DNA of 60,161 bases, the filler included, from Sphacelaria rigidula (lineage: Eukaryota): assembly GCA_964200075.2 (NCBI GenBank). It is 6 parts of 6 records of this genome, joined end to end, with 100 filler letters (N's around TTAATTAATTAA, not from the genome) between each part and the next. Parts side by side here need not be neighbours in the genome. Positions count along the whole stretch, not along the records: positions 30,135 to 40,078 come from CAXNAA020007442.1; positions 40,179 to 50,120 come from CAXNAA020007443.1; positions 50,221 to 60,161 come from CAXNAA020007444.1; 3 more parts are not named here. One strand, written 5' to 3'. The stretch's first letter is position 1; each line of letters begins with the position of its first letter. Both the position numbers and the translations under genes were made by a program. Below the pieces are notes generated by a model. That model was not told the DNA's origin. It saw nothing but the letters and a program-made list of their open reading frames with translations, and made no database searches. Of this stretch, positions 37,460 through 51,576 are shown piece by piece.

Positions 37460-37974
37460 CTGTTTTAATGCACATATAGTGTCGGGTACGCACACGGAGG
37501 GTCATTTTGTTGTGTTCAGAGGGCAGGTATGGGGGATAGATGCCTTGCCTCAGGACTCACGAGGAGCATAACCCGTGTGATGCTTTGCCAGCAAATAATT
37601 GTAATTGAGGCTACTAGGCAGCAAAAATGCAGCGCCACTTGCCCAGCAAACACAAAAGCGGCTGGAAGCAAAGTGAAAGATCGGAGCGTAGCGGGATCTG
37701 CGTTTGTGGAACGGGTACGAATGTGAAAAATAGGCTAATGTGATGGAGATTGTAGACCGGTTAAATCAAGGAATAGGTATTGACATTGAGTCACGGAGGT
37801 ATGAGATTCCAAGCTTGGGGTAATAGATAAATTAAGACGGCGTGGTAGATTGGTTTTAACTATCCCTTTTTTTTCGCCCACCCACCCTGGGGTACGTTTA
37901 TGCTTGGGTATATTTGGATCAAATCACACCGTGTATTCACAACCGAGGCGAACAATAAAAAATCATAACCGGTC

Positions 37975-38118
37975 GCCCCGGTGGCTCAGTTGGTAACCTC
38001 GTAACCTTGTGGTGGTTGAGTTGGTTGGGGGGGTCGATTCCCGGAGCGATCTGGAATCTTTTCTCACACCATGCCCAACAGTGGAGGACGACTATGTCGT
38101 GGGTACACAAAATTCGAC
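37975..38118 (+). mobile_element. tRNA-derived SINE, copy 1
   Basis: A box GTGGCTCAGTTGG and degenerate B box GGTCGATTCC; body CGATCTGG...TCTCACACCA..CCCAACAGTGGAG is shared with 52209. Confidence 0.75.
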
Positions 38119-38729
38119 TTAACGGTCGAGGGACTCTCACGATAAAAATAAAAGGCAAGCACCGCCGAAGGAAGGTGGGGTATTAACAAAAAAAAAGCCC
38201 CTGTGTTGACCTTCCTCCTGTGTGATTCCAGCTGATGCACACACATATACCGAAAGGTGTAAACTGGTGCCCAGAATAAATGGGACGGCAACACGACACA
38301 CACACGGTATTTGGATCGAGGGACAGGCTTCGGGCATTAGGTACGGCACGATTTTCAGAGGAAGTTATCAGAAGAAGCGCTAAGTGGAGGATGCAGTAGC
38401 GGAGATGAACACGTACACAGATGTCTGCCTCGGATTTGCGTTGCGTCACATTATATATTCATTCCACATTCAAGGGAGGAGCTAACACCGCAGTACACAC
38501 TTCCTGAAGTGGAAGTGGCCACGTGCCCACGGGTAGTGCTGCAGGTTGTCATGGTACATGGGCAAATATATAACAGTGTATCATTGAGCGTCGGTAGGAT
38601 TTAGTGCAAAGTAGAGTCAAAGGTACCGCACACAATAATTGCCTCCGACGCGCTACCGTGCAACCTCATGCGGCACGTGGTACTGGATACACCGTAGACG
38701 TAATTTTTCACGCGGTGTAGAACTACAGA

Positions 38730-38772
<43 letters not shown>

Positions 38773-39049
38773 CGCTTTGTTCACTCTCATCGTTTTAGAT
38801 GGTCAGAACATACAGGCCAATAGTAGAGTGACGGAGAAAAAATGTTCTCTCCGGTAACGAAGACACAGCAGCAATAACACTTTAAACGTGCACCACAAGA
38901 AAGAATAAAAACGATGCCCATGTTTTGCCGCGGCACAAAGGCTATAACAGTAATAGTGCTCTATTGTCTCGCCATATCCCTCGCCGCCTCGGCTAGGCTA
39001 ATGGGGGCGGTGCCAAGGGGCAGTTGACATTCTTTTTCGGGACACGTAG

Positions 39050-39089
<40 letters not shown>

Positions 39090-39107
39090 TCCCCCTCCCC
39101 CTTTCTA

Positions 39108-39139
<32 letters not shown>

Positions 39140-40504
39140 NNNNNNNNNNTTGCCCCCCCCCCCCCCCCCCTCCCGCAGGGCATTTTTTCGAAAATTGTCA
39201 TGATTTTTTCGATTTTTTTTTGTCATTCGTCACAAGGAATTGATCACTAAACATTGTTTTGATTATTTCTGTGAATTTTGTTACAAGAAATTTATCACTA
39301 AACGCTGACAATAACCGACAAGTCTGATGGGCTTTGTGGGGTTCGTATATCTGCTTCTGTTCCTTGCCCGTTCTGTCCCGATGACCTCAGATGCCGAAGG
39401 GCGTTCTTTCGACAATCAAAATTATCCTGATATAATTTTTTCCTGAACGTTGACAAAATCCGAAAAGTTTGGTCGGCTTTGCGGGGTGTATATTTGCTTC
39501 TGCTCCTTTACATATTTATTTATAATATATATCACAAGGATCTTATATATGTTAGCACATATATTTTCATATATAAATATAAAATATAGTATATACTGCC
39601 CCTGGATGAATATTTATATACAACATACATATTGTATAAAATATAAACAATATAGTATATGTTAAGGAGAAGAATATGTATAACATAATATAGAAGTAGA
39701 ATATATGAAATATCATATATATCATATATCATACGTAGTATACAATGTGTAATATAAAGGATCTCTACCGTCTACGGCAACTGACCGCATCCGCCAACGC
39801 TTCGGCAAAAAAAAAGGGGACATACGGCTTGGTGTCCCCCCACCCCCCCCCCTCAAAAACTCGAATTAATTCTCGATCTTGGGGCCTACTCGTCCCGAAA
39901 TTTGATGCTTTCAAACATTCGACACAACAAGCAGCGGCCTCTGGCACCACCAATTTCCGTGTCAAGAAGTTTACGCAAATTTTCTGAATGGCGGACTTGT
40001 AATCTCAATAAACAACGTTTTCGTGAGATTGAGAGTAGATCTTCGATTGAGAGTGGCTTTGATCATTCGCTTTCAGTGNNNNNNNNNNNNNNNNNNNNNN
40101 NNNNNNNNNNNNNNNNNNNNNNTTAATTAATTAANNNNNNNNNNNNNNNNNNNNNNNNNNNNNNNNNNNNNNNNNNNNTATAGTTCAGGGAAAGCACGGC
40201 TTTTGAGTTGAACCTCATTTTTTTTTTCAACCCCATTTTCGAAAATCGGCTGTTAGATGGCGCCCACACAAAATTCTATACGAAACCTTGAATGATACTT
40301 TCAGCAGATGAGGACGGTTTTTGGTGTGGACACTCCCTGGAGCACGGGGAGACAATAGGTACCCCCACCTTCACCTAACTCGTAATCTATCTCGAGATAT
40401 GGCGCACATAAGGCTCGATACTAAACCCGTATATTACAAGCAGAGGCATATAGACCTCTGGCACTCAAGATCAGATCGTCATGTGGACTCCTCCCATCAC
40501 GGGC

Positions 40505-41049
40505 ACATGGACTTCAGCAGCTTTAGTTATTCATTTATCATTTATCAACCCTTAGCATAGTACAGGAGAACAGGACCTTAGCCTCTCTCCACCAGAGTAG
40601 CAAAACCAAGCCTACACATCATGGAGGTCACTCATCACAGCGTCCGGCAATCAGATCCGCAACTCCACCTACACAATGTCCCTAACCTTAAGTAACAATG
40701 GTGGCTTGAGTCTACAGCACCCCCGAAGCTCTCTACTATCAACAAGTATAGTTACATCAGAGCTTGACAAACTCAGACATCATGGGTGCCTGATAGTACC
40801 GTCGTTTTCCGCAAAAAATAGCAATCTCTTCCGCTGCTTTCGACATGGACTTCAGCAGCTTTAATTATTCATGCATTTGACCCTTAGCATAGTACAGGAG
40901 AACAGGATCATAGCCTCTCTCCACTAAAGTAGCAAAACCAAGCCTACACGTCATGGAGGTCACCCATCACAGAGTCCGGCAATCAGACGCGCAACTCCAC
41001 CTACACAATGTCCCTAACCTTAGGTAACAATGGTGGCTAGAGTCTACAG
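40505..41049 (+). repeat. ~210-bp direct repeat pair (40505-40717 and 40843-41049)
   Basis: Near-identical from ACATGGACTTCAGCAGCTTTA to GAGTCTACAG. Confidence 0.88.
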
Positions 41050-42581
41050 AGACTAGATGCCCTGAATCTGGATATTGCGTATCATTTTTCGAGAATTGTG
41101 CTATCGAATTTCGCATGGAGAACCGCTAGTGCATAATACAATTAACAAATTTTGTTTTCATCTTTTTGTTCTTTTATGGGGATTACGAGGAGGAATAAAC
41201 ACTGCTCTTGGGCCTTATCTCAAACGTTTAGCTCAATTTTCCAGATTTTTTATTCGAAACTTCGCATGGAGAACGACAGAGGTATGCTGAACAAAACAAA
41301 AATTGGTCCTTCATTTTTTGAGGGGGGAAGAGGCTCGGGTATTCACGGGGGAAAATGGCCATTATCATACTAAAACGTCCTAAACCACTGAAAAAATATA
41401 CAAATACTTACCTGACCAACTTTTTTTAGTTCGTTATACCCTAGCGAGGTTCCACACAAAATTTTATTATACAAACACCAAACGTGGGCCCGTAAGTGGT
41501 CTGTAAAATACTGTTCCGAATGTCTATCGACCCGACACTAAACGGCCCATTCTTTGGCCAATATTCAGAGTGGGATCCGGAAAGTTCGTATGGACAATGA
41601 ATAGGGTATAATAGAAAAAACAGATTGCGTGTGTGGGCAGCATCTGTGAAGGTGTCGATGCAAAGTCCACAGTAGCTCGACTGTGGCTGACACCGGCGGA
41701 AACTGGCGCCGACACTTGCGGGAACTGGAAACTACACTGTCAAACTGATTTTGGCTCTTCTGAAGTGCCGGCGACAGGTGTCGCCGACTGTTGCGGCAAG
41801 TGCACTACTGACACAAGCTCCCGTACCCTACGCTGCTTGTGTCGGCGACGATTTCACGAGTATGGGCCGCACCTGCACAAGTGTCGCCAACACTCGCTGC
41901 AACTTTCGGCGCAATGATAAAAAATGCTACCTCCCCGACCGTGGACTAAATAAAATTAGTACGCGTAAAAGCATGCTGTTGCCTCAACATGTTGGAAAGA
42001 TTTTCCGAGCGCTCTCATCAATGTTTACTCTTTTTGTTCGGTCAAGCTCAGTCGGTATGATATCTATGTAGAATGTGGTTGATTCACACCCCGCGCGATC
42101 AGAAAAAATATCTAAGCTACCAAGATGAAATTGTGCACGAACGTCTGCGCCACCGTTGGACAAGGATCAAAGAGCCCCGGAATTTCCAGTGTTCAGCTCA
42201 GTCGGATCCTTCTTCGAGAAGTCACTCGGCCCACACGACGGTGTTATGTTGGGAATGTTCCACACTCTGACCACCTTCAAGCTGTATCTAGCGGCGTGTA
42301 TAACTACTCGGTCGGAAACCCGTGCAACTCAAACAACTACAACACGGTTGGAAACCTGTGCCGCCAGTTGCTTGCAAACGACTCCCCGCTTGAAAACCGA
42401 TGTATCTGGTTGCGTCCAAGCAACTTATGGGTCGGAAACCTGTACAGCTAGCTACGTGCGAGACTTAGTCGGTCAGAAGTATGCCCAAGTTGTTGAGTTC
42501 AAGCAACAATTCGGTCGGCAAGTTATCACACGTCGAAAAAACTCAACTCATCGTAACTCGGGTGAACTCGTCTTCCTATTT

Positions 42582-43575
42582 AACTTAGCGGTACCTATTT
42601 CCCGTGGTGAAGTGATATGGTATAAGTCAGCAGTATCTATTTCCACTGGATGAGTTTTATGGTATAACCCAGCAGTACATTTTGCCGCTAGGTAAGTTGT
42701 ACGATATAACTCAGCGATATATATTTCCACTGACTGAGTTATACCGTATAACTGGGTAGTACCTATAGTTCCACTGGCTGAGTTATAAGTACGACCTATT
42801 TCCATCGGCTGATATATACGGTATACAACCCCGCGGTTTCTCGCTGAATGGGCTTCATGTATACCCAAGGAATGCCACGGTAGGGGTGCAATTTTTCTTC
42901 ACGGGGCTCTTTGCAGTAGGAGCCTCTCGATATGACACATAGCTGGGCCTTACTATGCAGCCTCAGAAAAGTTTTGGACTGGAAAGTGCACCCCTACCGC
43001 GGAATCACTGCCAGCGGTGCCTGTTCCTACTGGACAAGTTACACGGTGTAACTCAGCGGCACCTTTTCCCACTTGACGGGCTATACGGTATAACTTAGCG
43101 GTACCTTGCACCACTGCCCGAGTTACACAGTATATCGGAGCGGTATACCTTTCATCACTGGCTGAGCTACACGGGATCACTCAGCGGTACGTTTTTCTAC
43201 TAGACGAGGTACATGATGCAACCCAGTGGTACCATTTCCTACTGGAGATTTTGTACGGTGTAACTTAGCGGTGCCTATTCTCAGTAGATGGATTATGTGG
43301 TAGAACTCAGCAGTACATCCCCCCCCCTGGAAGATCTATATACGGTGTAACTTTCCAGTACCATTCACCACTGGCTGAGTTGTACAGTATAGCTCAGCGG
43401 AACGTTTTCCCACTGGATAAGTTATATGATAAAACCTCTGTGGTACATTTTTCCAGTGGACGGGCTACTGTGCGGTATAACTCAGGAGTACAATTTCCCA
43501 TTCATTAAGTTATACGGTGTAACCCAGCGGTACCTTCTTCATCAACCGGATGAGTAATACCGTATAGTAACTGAG
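42582..43575. repeat. Degenerate 42-bp satellite with an internal palindrome
   Basis: Units start at 42582, 42624, 42666, 42708 and 42750, and the array resumes at ~43010-43575. Approximate consensus AACTCAGCGGTACCTATTTCCACTGGCTGAGTTATACGGTAT. Confidence 0.85.
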
Positions 43576-44700
43576 TTACCTCATGAGTTGTTCGACGTGT
43601 GAAAATCACAGGAACCGGTACAACTAATTGCGTGCATACAACTGATCGGTCAGAAACTGGTGCAACTACTACTGCGTGTACACAACTACTACTCGGCGAT
43701 GAACCCGGGCAACCAGCCGCCTGCAAACAACTCTTGGGTGAGAAAAGTGTGCAAGTAAATATCGAGCGAGCAATCGCCTCTGTAGTCATCTACACTCGGC
43801 CAGAAGCAATAACTCGTAGATTACAGACAAGTACCCGGTCGAAAACGTGTACAGCGAGTCGCGCAAACAACTACCCGCGTTGAAGCACCGCACCCCGGAT
43901 GAATTACGTGAAGAGTAAAAATATTAGTTGTTATATATACCACCATTTTAGTGGTCAACCGAGGTAGTTGCTGGCGCGATGACTGCTTGGACAGGTTTCA
44001 GACTGAGTACGAGTCCTTGTTTTCATGCAACTAGTTTTTCACCGGTCGCTCAAACCGAGTAGATGTTTGCAGGCAGTTATTTGCACAAGTTGCTCTGCCC
44101 GAGAAGTCGTTTGCATCATAAAGCTGGTTGCTCAGGTTTCTGATTGAGTAACACCAGTTGTGTTCGTTGCACACAACAAGTAGTTGCGCAGGTTTCCGAC
44201 TAAGTAGTAGTTGTCTGGAAGCAACCAGTTACACACAGATTCCCGACCATTTTCTTTCATGTCCTGCGCCATGGCCGCACTCCACGTAATCCTCCACGCG
44301 CACGCACATCACTCAGATTGATTGGAGCCAGCTCTCTTACATGATGTACCGACACACACTTACTGAAGAACCATGTAAGTCTCGGGCGGTGGCGTGGACC
44401 GTGGTCGTCATGCTCCCGGTTGTGACAGGTGTGAAGTGTTGCCTCCTTCGTACCGCGATTATGATTTGTACTTGGAATCAGAGAACGAAAGAACGGGTGC
44501 ATACAAATTCAATCGAGGAAAAAATATTGGTTCGCCCCTTTGAAGTAATAACATTGGACTAAAACATAGGGGCAATAGCGAGGACCAGAAATATTACATA
44601 ATAATAGTCCACAGTATGTCCGAGTTAAATATAGTAAAGAAGAGGTCGACTTGCACATTTCACCGGCGTGGAACGCGGAGATCCGAACGTGACTGTCGAC

Positions 44701-44947
44701 GAGTCGTCCTACGATAGGGGGGAGGGGGGTATTTGCTTGCACGAAAAAAAGAGGCTCATCGGGGTGTCAGACGACCTGCCACACTCGCTGTTTGCTTGTA
44801 TTTATTTGGTTAAAAACAGAGTCAAGCAGTTTGAATGAGCGGTATATATCTATAACAAGCTCGTTCGACGGTTTGACTTGAAATTTCGCGCAAAAAGTGG
44901 CCCCATATAACCCCCCCCCCCCCTCCCTCCCTACCGTAGGATGATTC
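44701..44947. mobile_element. Sola2-like MITE, copy 2
   Basis: GAGTCGTCCTACGATAGGGG...CCCTACCGTAGGATGATTC; flanks CGAC/CGAT; interior aligns to 2910-3177. Confidence 0.78.
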
Positions 44948-47900
44948 CGATACCAAAACCGAGCACTTCAAGCATGAACTTTGGTCAACGGGTGGGGTGG
45001 ACTGTGTAGTGGTCTTTTCCAGCCACAAGCCAAAATATTGGTACAGTATGAGCTTTTGAGAAAATGAACACGATTACCCGATAGCAAGGATTTTCTAACA
45101 AGGACAGCATCACACGGGCATGCGTACTCTCCAACCCCTTGACCGCCAGGGTGGGTGATACGCTGGATCAGGACCATTTTCACTAGACCTGAAATGAACG
45201 TGCGAGCCATTTGACTGCCCGTGGCGATCAACGGGTTAAACTAACACAGCTTCTTATGATGAGAACCTTCCACGTTTTCGATCAAAATTGCCCTCGAGGA
45301 TTTCGTTCATTCGAAGAGTCAGGCCACGGTAGGCGTTGCACATGTGGACCCAGATCTTCTTCAGAAGATTCAAGTTGGGAGCTACACAAGAGTATTATGG
45401 GTAAGGACATTTCCGTTGCCAAATTCATTCGGGGTATATCTAGCCCACTGGAATGCTAATCGTGGCGTGCTTTCATGAGTCGTTCTTTGGATCACAACAA
45501 CAGAGGGTTCCCAACAATTCGAACCTCAGAAAATATATGTGCACCCCTGCCGTAGCACCACCCCTAGAGTGTCTTCCGGATGAAGAGAGGCGAAGCAAAT
45601 GGACCCACCGTCGAATGACTTCTTGTCCCATCCAAGAGGGTTTCGGCGCACTTCGACGATTTCTGGTGCACCCAGGTTTATATCTGACTGAACCAGATAG
45701 AATCTCGCAGATCTTAGTCTGGTTCACATTCATCACGCCGAAAAGGAATCGCACGTACTTGTTACACGACGAAAAAGTGATGCGAAGGATCGCGTCTCAA
45801 CACATTCTTCGTGTAAAAACGCATCGTTCCCATGCTGTGTTGGTCCACCCAACACGGCAGGGGGTAATGCCTCTCGACCACATGAAGAACGGTATGAAAA
45901 CTGATACTATCATCGTCAACTATCTGCTCGTTCAGCAAGGATACACACGCAACATCAATTAATTGTTGATCAGATATACAATTCGCCGCCAAACTCTCAA
46001 GGCAGCCGTCATAGATGAACATCATGATCCAGTGGTCATTCAGTTCATGCTACAACAGTTTAGTCCACAGCCATCACGCACTTCTCGACGTCTACGTTGC
46101 AGACGGCCAAGAGCTTAACCACGAAAACAAGCGTCATGGTTCATTCATGGGGGAAAACCCAAGACACTGGCGCAAACGAACGTGGTCTCGCGACTGTACT
46201 AGGTACTGGACTGGACTAGACTGCAGTGATCTTCAATCTACACTCGCAAAAAACGTATCCTCCAGAAAAGCCGCGGATATCAGGCCAGGCCAGCGAACAA
46301 TGTTCGTCCGATGCTGCGCACGCGAACGCGAATGGTGCACGCTGCATACTCACTTTGTTTATCGACCGGCCTCCGACTGTTGCTTCTCCTGTTGCCTCTC
46401 CCTGCTATAAAGTTAGTGCGCAGGGAAGGTGTTGGATTGTTGCCACGGAGACGGACGCGCGCCGGGGGGTGGGGGGGAGGGGGTCGCGCAAAGAATGTTG
46501 GAAAGGTCGTGGATCATGTCCCCTTCGGAACGGTGCAAAAACTCGCGTCATGAGGGTGAATTTCGCGTCATGATGAGCTGATCCGTTATGAATAGTTAGG
46601 CCGCTCCTCATAGGGACCCCGGAAGTTTTTAATCCTTGCTTTGTTGGATCCTTTCTCAGGACCCACTCGGTCCGCAGGGTGATGTTTCGCTGATGTTTTC
46701 ACGAGTTCCTATGCTCCTGCGACATAGTCGCTGAGTCCGAAAGCCTCGACACATGACGCCGATTTATTGGATTCAGGCGAGTCAGGTCTCTTCCATGACT
46801 CACCGACACACTACTGGAGAAGGAGAACGCAATATCCGGTCATAGCGTGGATCATGGTCGCCATGCTGCTCCTGGTTGTTACGGATGTCAAGTTCTCACA
46901 TCGTTCATGCTCCGATGGGGTATATTTTCCTGAGGACAAAAATGAATGCCAATCCAATCGAGGAAACAATATTCGTCCGCCTCTCTCTGTAGAGGTATGT
47001 CAAATATACCGGGAACCTCGAGCAACGAGTTTGCGAGACCTTTTGTATGAAAAGGAAGATCACATGAAAGGGGGGAAAGCGCGGAGCTCGCTCCGCTCGC
47101 GCTCGTTCCAGTTCCACTTTTCTCATCATGTCATGAAGATAAAAGATGTATCACAAATGGCACAGGGGGACGAGACACCAAAATCGCCGGGTTCGTTTTT
47201 TATCTGTCTGTCCCAGTAAAAAACCGTTGGCTACGACATTTCTCGCGCTGCAGTCACGAAATGCTGCTGAACCCGACTCGAGTGAAAAAATCCACATCCC
47301 TACAAGCAGGGACCTAAACTGGCACGTATTTGCCATCGTTTGGAAAAGTTGCAAATGCTGGCACATCTCTGCCAACGCTCAGGAGGCCTGTTGTACGAAA
47401 GTGGCAGAATACCTGTACATGTATGAACAAAGAGTTTTCAAAGTATTTCCAGAGGGGGTAGATATTTTGAGTGATCAGTCCTCGATCGAAGGGTGTACGA
47501 GTTTTCGAAGGAATGCCCACTGGCTGCAAAGCCGGAATGTTTTCACGGGAGATCGACTGGTTTGCTCACACACCTTTCTGGCTGCACGGTGTGATGACGA
47601 AGCTAGGGTGGTGATGCCCTGACAATGCTCGATGCACTGTGAGAGCTGGGAAATGCCCACAGTACTGGATATAGACAGTGGAAATTGGGAACGTTTTCAG
47701 GGGTTCCCTTCAAAATGGTCGAACGAATAATGATTGCGATCTGAAAATTACTGTTCATCTTGATAATTGCTTGATTTTACTACAATTGTTCATACCCCAC
47801 GGATCAATCCTTCTGCTCTGTTTTCAGCGTTGCACTCCGGGTACGTGCAATAATAGCGTAAATTTGGGTAGGCTTATTTTATCCGCGGTCAACATTGATT

Positions 47901-50900
47901 GCCTTGTTCTTCAAGCAGTCAGGCCTCAGAAATCCTAGATTTGACGACTCAAACCAGCGGGATAATTTGTCCGACCCTTGGTTCCTTTCGCAGAATATGG
48001 AGCGAAGTTGCTGGCATTTTGAACGCTGTAGATTTCACCAACCAAATTTCATTTCCTGGAATTTTGACAGGTAAATTTCATGGACCAAACTTTCATCATT
48101 ACTGTACTGTACTATATTGCTGGTTTGGCACGTTACATGACTGCAGCAGTAGGGATCGCTACGGAGGGAGGCTTGCGTCATCGTACGTCAGTCATGATGG
48201 ATGGATATGGATACCAATGTACAATGTCCATCATGGGTGAATACATACCCATAACCCAATATGGACAATATCCGAATCCTGTAACACTAGTAACATCTCA
48301 AACACCATCACCAACATTCATCAACTCATCTCATAGCCAGAAAACTGCGGGCACCATTCCCCATCTCTTCTTATAGATGCTAAGAATAAATCTCAACTAT
48401 GGCCCAAAAGATGGACTTTCGCGGGGATAGTATGCCGGGGTGGGTGTTCATATGCGTGATGGATGCTCCACGATAATACCGCAAGGCCGCGTTCTTCGTT
48501 CGGCATGTGTGCTGCCCTCTGTTTGGACGTGTGGGTTCGATGAAGTACCACAAAATTTCAGACTTTACACGTGCGCTAGTGAGAGCATGAGCAACCTTCC
48601 TGGCCGTCCCACAGTGAAGTATATGATCCATTAGACGGATGCGTACGGACAGCGAGGTAATGCTCGTGCTACGGAAGGTATTACCGTTCCCGTTGAGTCG
48701 AACCTTACGGTGGTCACTGACGAATGTTGATGAGCTGTACTGCGCTGTGTCCCCATTTCATGATGTTACAGAGGGGTGCAGCGACGAGTGTCAGTCATCA
48801 AAACGGGGGTCAAGAAGGGGGGCACTTGCCCCCCCCAACGGGCTACTAGTGTATCCTACGACAAAGCGCAACATATCGCATGATATTTGCGTGCTTTTGG
48901 ACGCATGCGTCCCTCACTAAACGTACAACATCGACGCTGGAACATATGCGCCCAACATAGTATCATAGAATATCTGTATCTAGTCTCTCTAGAAAGTATA
49001 CAAAATATATAGTTGGTTGTGGTTTGGTTGAACGGCGTTTTTTGCTCAGCTTTTCGCAAGGGAAGGGAATACTATCTCATCTGTTGTGGTTTGGTTGAAC
49101 GGCGATTATTTCCTCAGTTTTTCGCATCCAGAGGGAATCCAATTACCATTTTTCTTTCACAAAGCGCAGATGAACGATATTATCTGACGCGCAAAGTCGT
49201 ACACCATCACCACCACCATGACTTTGGAATGTCCCGTTGTTGGCACAAGACCAAATCAGTGACCGAGTCCCGTCACGTCAAGTTCAAGCATAAAAATAAA
49301 GCAAGGGATACGCGCCATCTTTACACGCGAGGGGAGCAACAAGCACGATCACAGCGCACCGTAAGCCCTCCAGCGACTTGCTCTTCGTCCACCCTCCGAT
49401 CAGGGGCCTCCCATAGATTGACATAAAGAGACCATAGCCCCAAAAGCTGAAATTTGGTCGTTGGCGGGGAGGGGGAGATTAAAGATGGCATCTAGCGAAT
49501 GTTGTGATACCCCTGACTGCACCGGGTTACACTCCAATATGGGGGATTCCAAGCAGCACCACATGACAAACACATCCAGTAGACGGAGATGGCCGGAATT
49601 TGCACCGTCGGATGTCGGCGCGGCTCATTAGGGGACTCTATCGTCAGCCTCAGGAGAGACGCTGCTTGTTGCCACAGCCGAAAGACCGTGTTGTAGGACC
49701 CGACACCTCCCCACCAACAACACTAGGGTTTTGCTCCGTACTAGCCCGAGAACGACCAGCTTCTTCTGCCGACGCATACAAATTCTAGAACTCCGAAGTG
49801 GAGATGACAAATCGTCTGTGGAAATCAACCAATGGAGTGAATGCAGCGCTCGAACATTGACTGCTGTAGTTACGCTGCTCCTGGGCGCAGTTAAAGTAAA
49901 AAGCAACAGTTATTCTCGTGCTGTAGTACGAGCTGGGTCAGCCTAGAGGCGGATTTGAAGTTTGCAGGCCCATGCTCTTTTATACATTTAGAGTTGGGCC
50001 CTAAAATTTGGTATGGACAGTGCATAGGGCATAAGAAAAAAAATTACTGAATATCAAAATTGTTTTTTTTTCATGAGTTAAGGGCATTTTGGTGATACCT
50101 GAAAACCGATTATTGCCCTCNNNNNNNNNNNNNNNNNNNNNNNNNNNNNNNNNNNNNNNNNNNNTTAATTAATTAANNNNNNNNNNNNNNNNNNNNNNNN
50201 NNNNNNNNNNNNNNNNNNNNCATCATGGTTACCGGGGAAAAAAACGCAAGCGCGCAAAACAAAACCGGCAACCTGGTTGCCTAGCTTACGCAGTGAGTGG
50301 CGTGTTTTACAGCGTCATCGCCAACCGACGCCAGCCCCATCAGGGGGATCCGCCCCTACAAAGCCGGGACGGAGCACGCCGGGTTCTCGCCGGACCAGGC
50401 ATGGGAGGGGGGGGGGAGGGGGGGGGCGTATTCATTTGTTGCTTGCCTTAGTCATTTGACCATTGACACATGATGGACGTACCCGAAACAAAGAAACAAA
50501 AACTGAAAGACTCGCTGGAAGAAAAAGAAGAAATGGAAAAAGCTAGAATTCAACAACAGAGTAGACTCAAGACATGAGTGACAGAAACTGAATAAAAGTG
50601 TGTGTGGATTGTCTATGCATGGGAGGGGGGGGGGGGGATATCAAGGAGGGTAGAGGGGGGGGGGAGCTACTGAGAACGGTGCGTACCTGGGTTGTTTCCG
50701 TACGCAACCTTCGCAAAGTCACGATTCTGTATGCACACGTGGGGTCAAACAAAAAGCGGGCAGCGGAAAATACCACAGTGGAGAACTACTACAACAACAT
50801 ATATCGGATGTGTGAAACTTGTCCTTGGTTGTTCACCCTGTGTTCTCCGACGTAGATTCTCCTTCCTCGTGGTCGTACACGGCCAGCAAAGATCTTCGTA

Positions 50901-51049
50901 GAAACACTTTCACCCTCATCTGCATCCGCCGCAACGAAATAACCTGCACGTGGAACCAACACAAACAAAACCTCGCACATATAACGATGATGAACCTCGC
51001 ACGGCTCTCATTCAGCCGGGGCCTGACAATATTGCAATCGGTTTGCTAG

Positions 51050-51185
51050 CTCGGCATGACCGCACTATACTGGGACCCGCACTATACTGAGACCTTGCAC
51101 TATGCTGAAACTCCGCACTATGCTGGGGCCCCGCACTATACGGGGATCCCACACTATACTGAGGATCCGCACAATACCGCCGTAC
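51050..51185 (+). repeat. 18-bp minisatellite (CCGCACTATACTGGGACC-like); short related copy at ~59352-59390
   Basis: GCACTAT recurs at ~18-bp intervals. Confidence 0.8.
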
Positions 51186-51481
51186 AGCGCACATTTCTTG
51201 ATATGAGTACAGTTCAGCGTATCGGAGATGTGTCTAGGAAGATTTTGATCGCACAATGGTTGGGGCACAGCGTTTTAAAGGTGCTGCGGCATATGCTGCA
51301 GCCCCCGGTGACGGGATTGGTTGATCCATTGTATGATTGGCTGATTGATTGATTGATTGCCGCACGTTAACTAATGTACGGCGAGTATAGCCGCGGTCAC
51401 AAAATGGACAAACCAACGGCAAAGGAAAAACGAACACTCCGCGCATTTTTATACACAAACCTATACATTACATAATACAGT

Positions 51482-51576
51482 AGGTGGCCCTGTATAGTGC
51501 GGGTATGGGACAGGCGATTTCACCCACATTAAGCCGGGCAGGCGCACTATATAACCCGCACTATACAGGGCCACCT
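51482..51576. repeat. Small palindromic MITE-like element
   Basis: AGGTGGCCCTGTATAGTGCGGGT and ACCCGCACTATACAGGGCCACCT form perfect 23-bp inverted arms. Confidence 0.75.

Noticed and set aside
37975-38045. Functional tRNA gene (also at 52209)
   Set aside because: No consistent acceptor or anticodon stems, and homology extends well beyond tRNA length, so it is a SINE head.
40505-41049. LTR pair of a TRIM-like element
   Set aside because: No TG...CA ends, PBS, PPT or TSD were seen; treated as a local duplication.
42582-43575. CRISPR-like array of palindromic repeats
   Set aside because: Units are contiguous and degenerate with no unique spacers, there are no cas genes, and the context is eukaryotic. 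It is a satellite.
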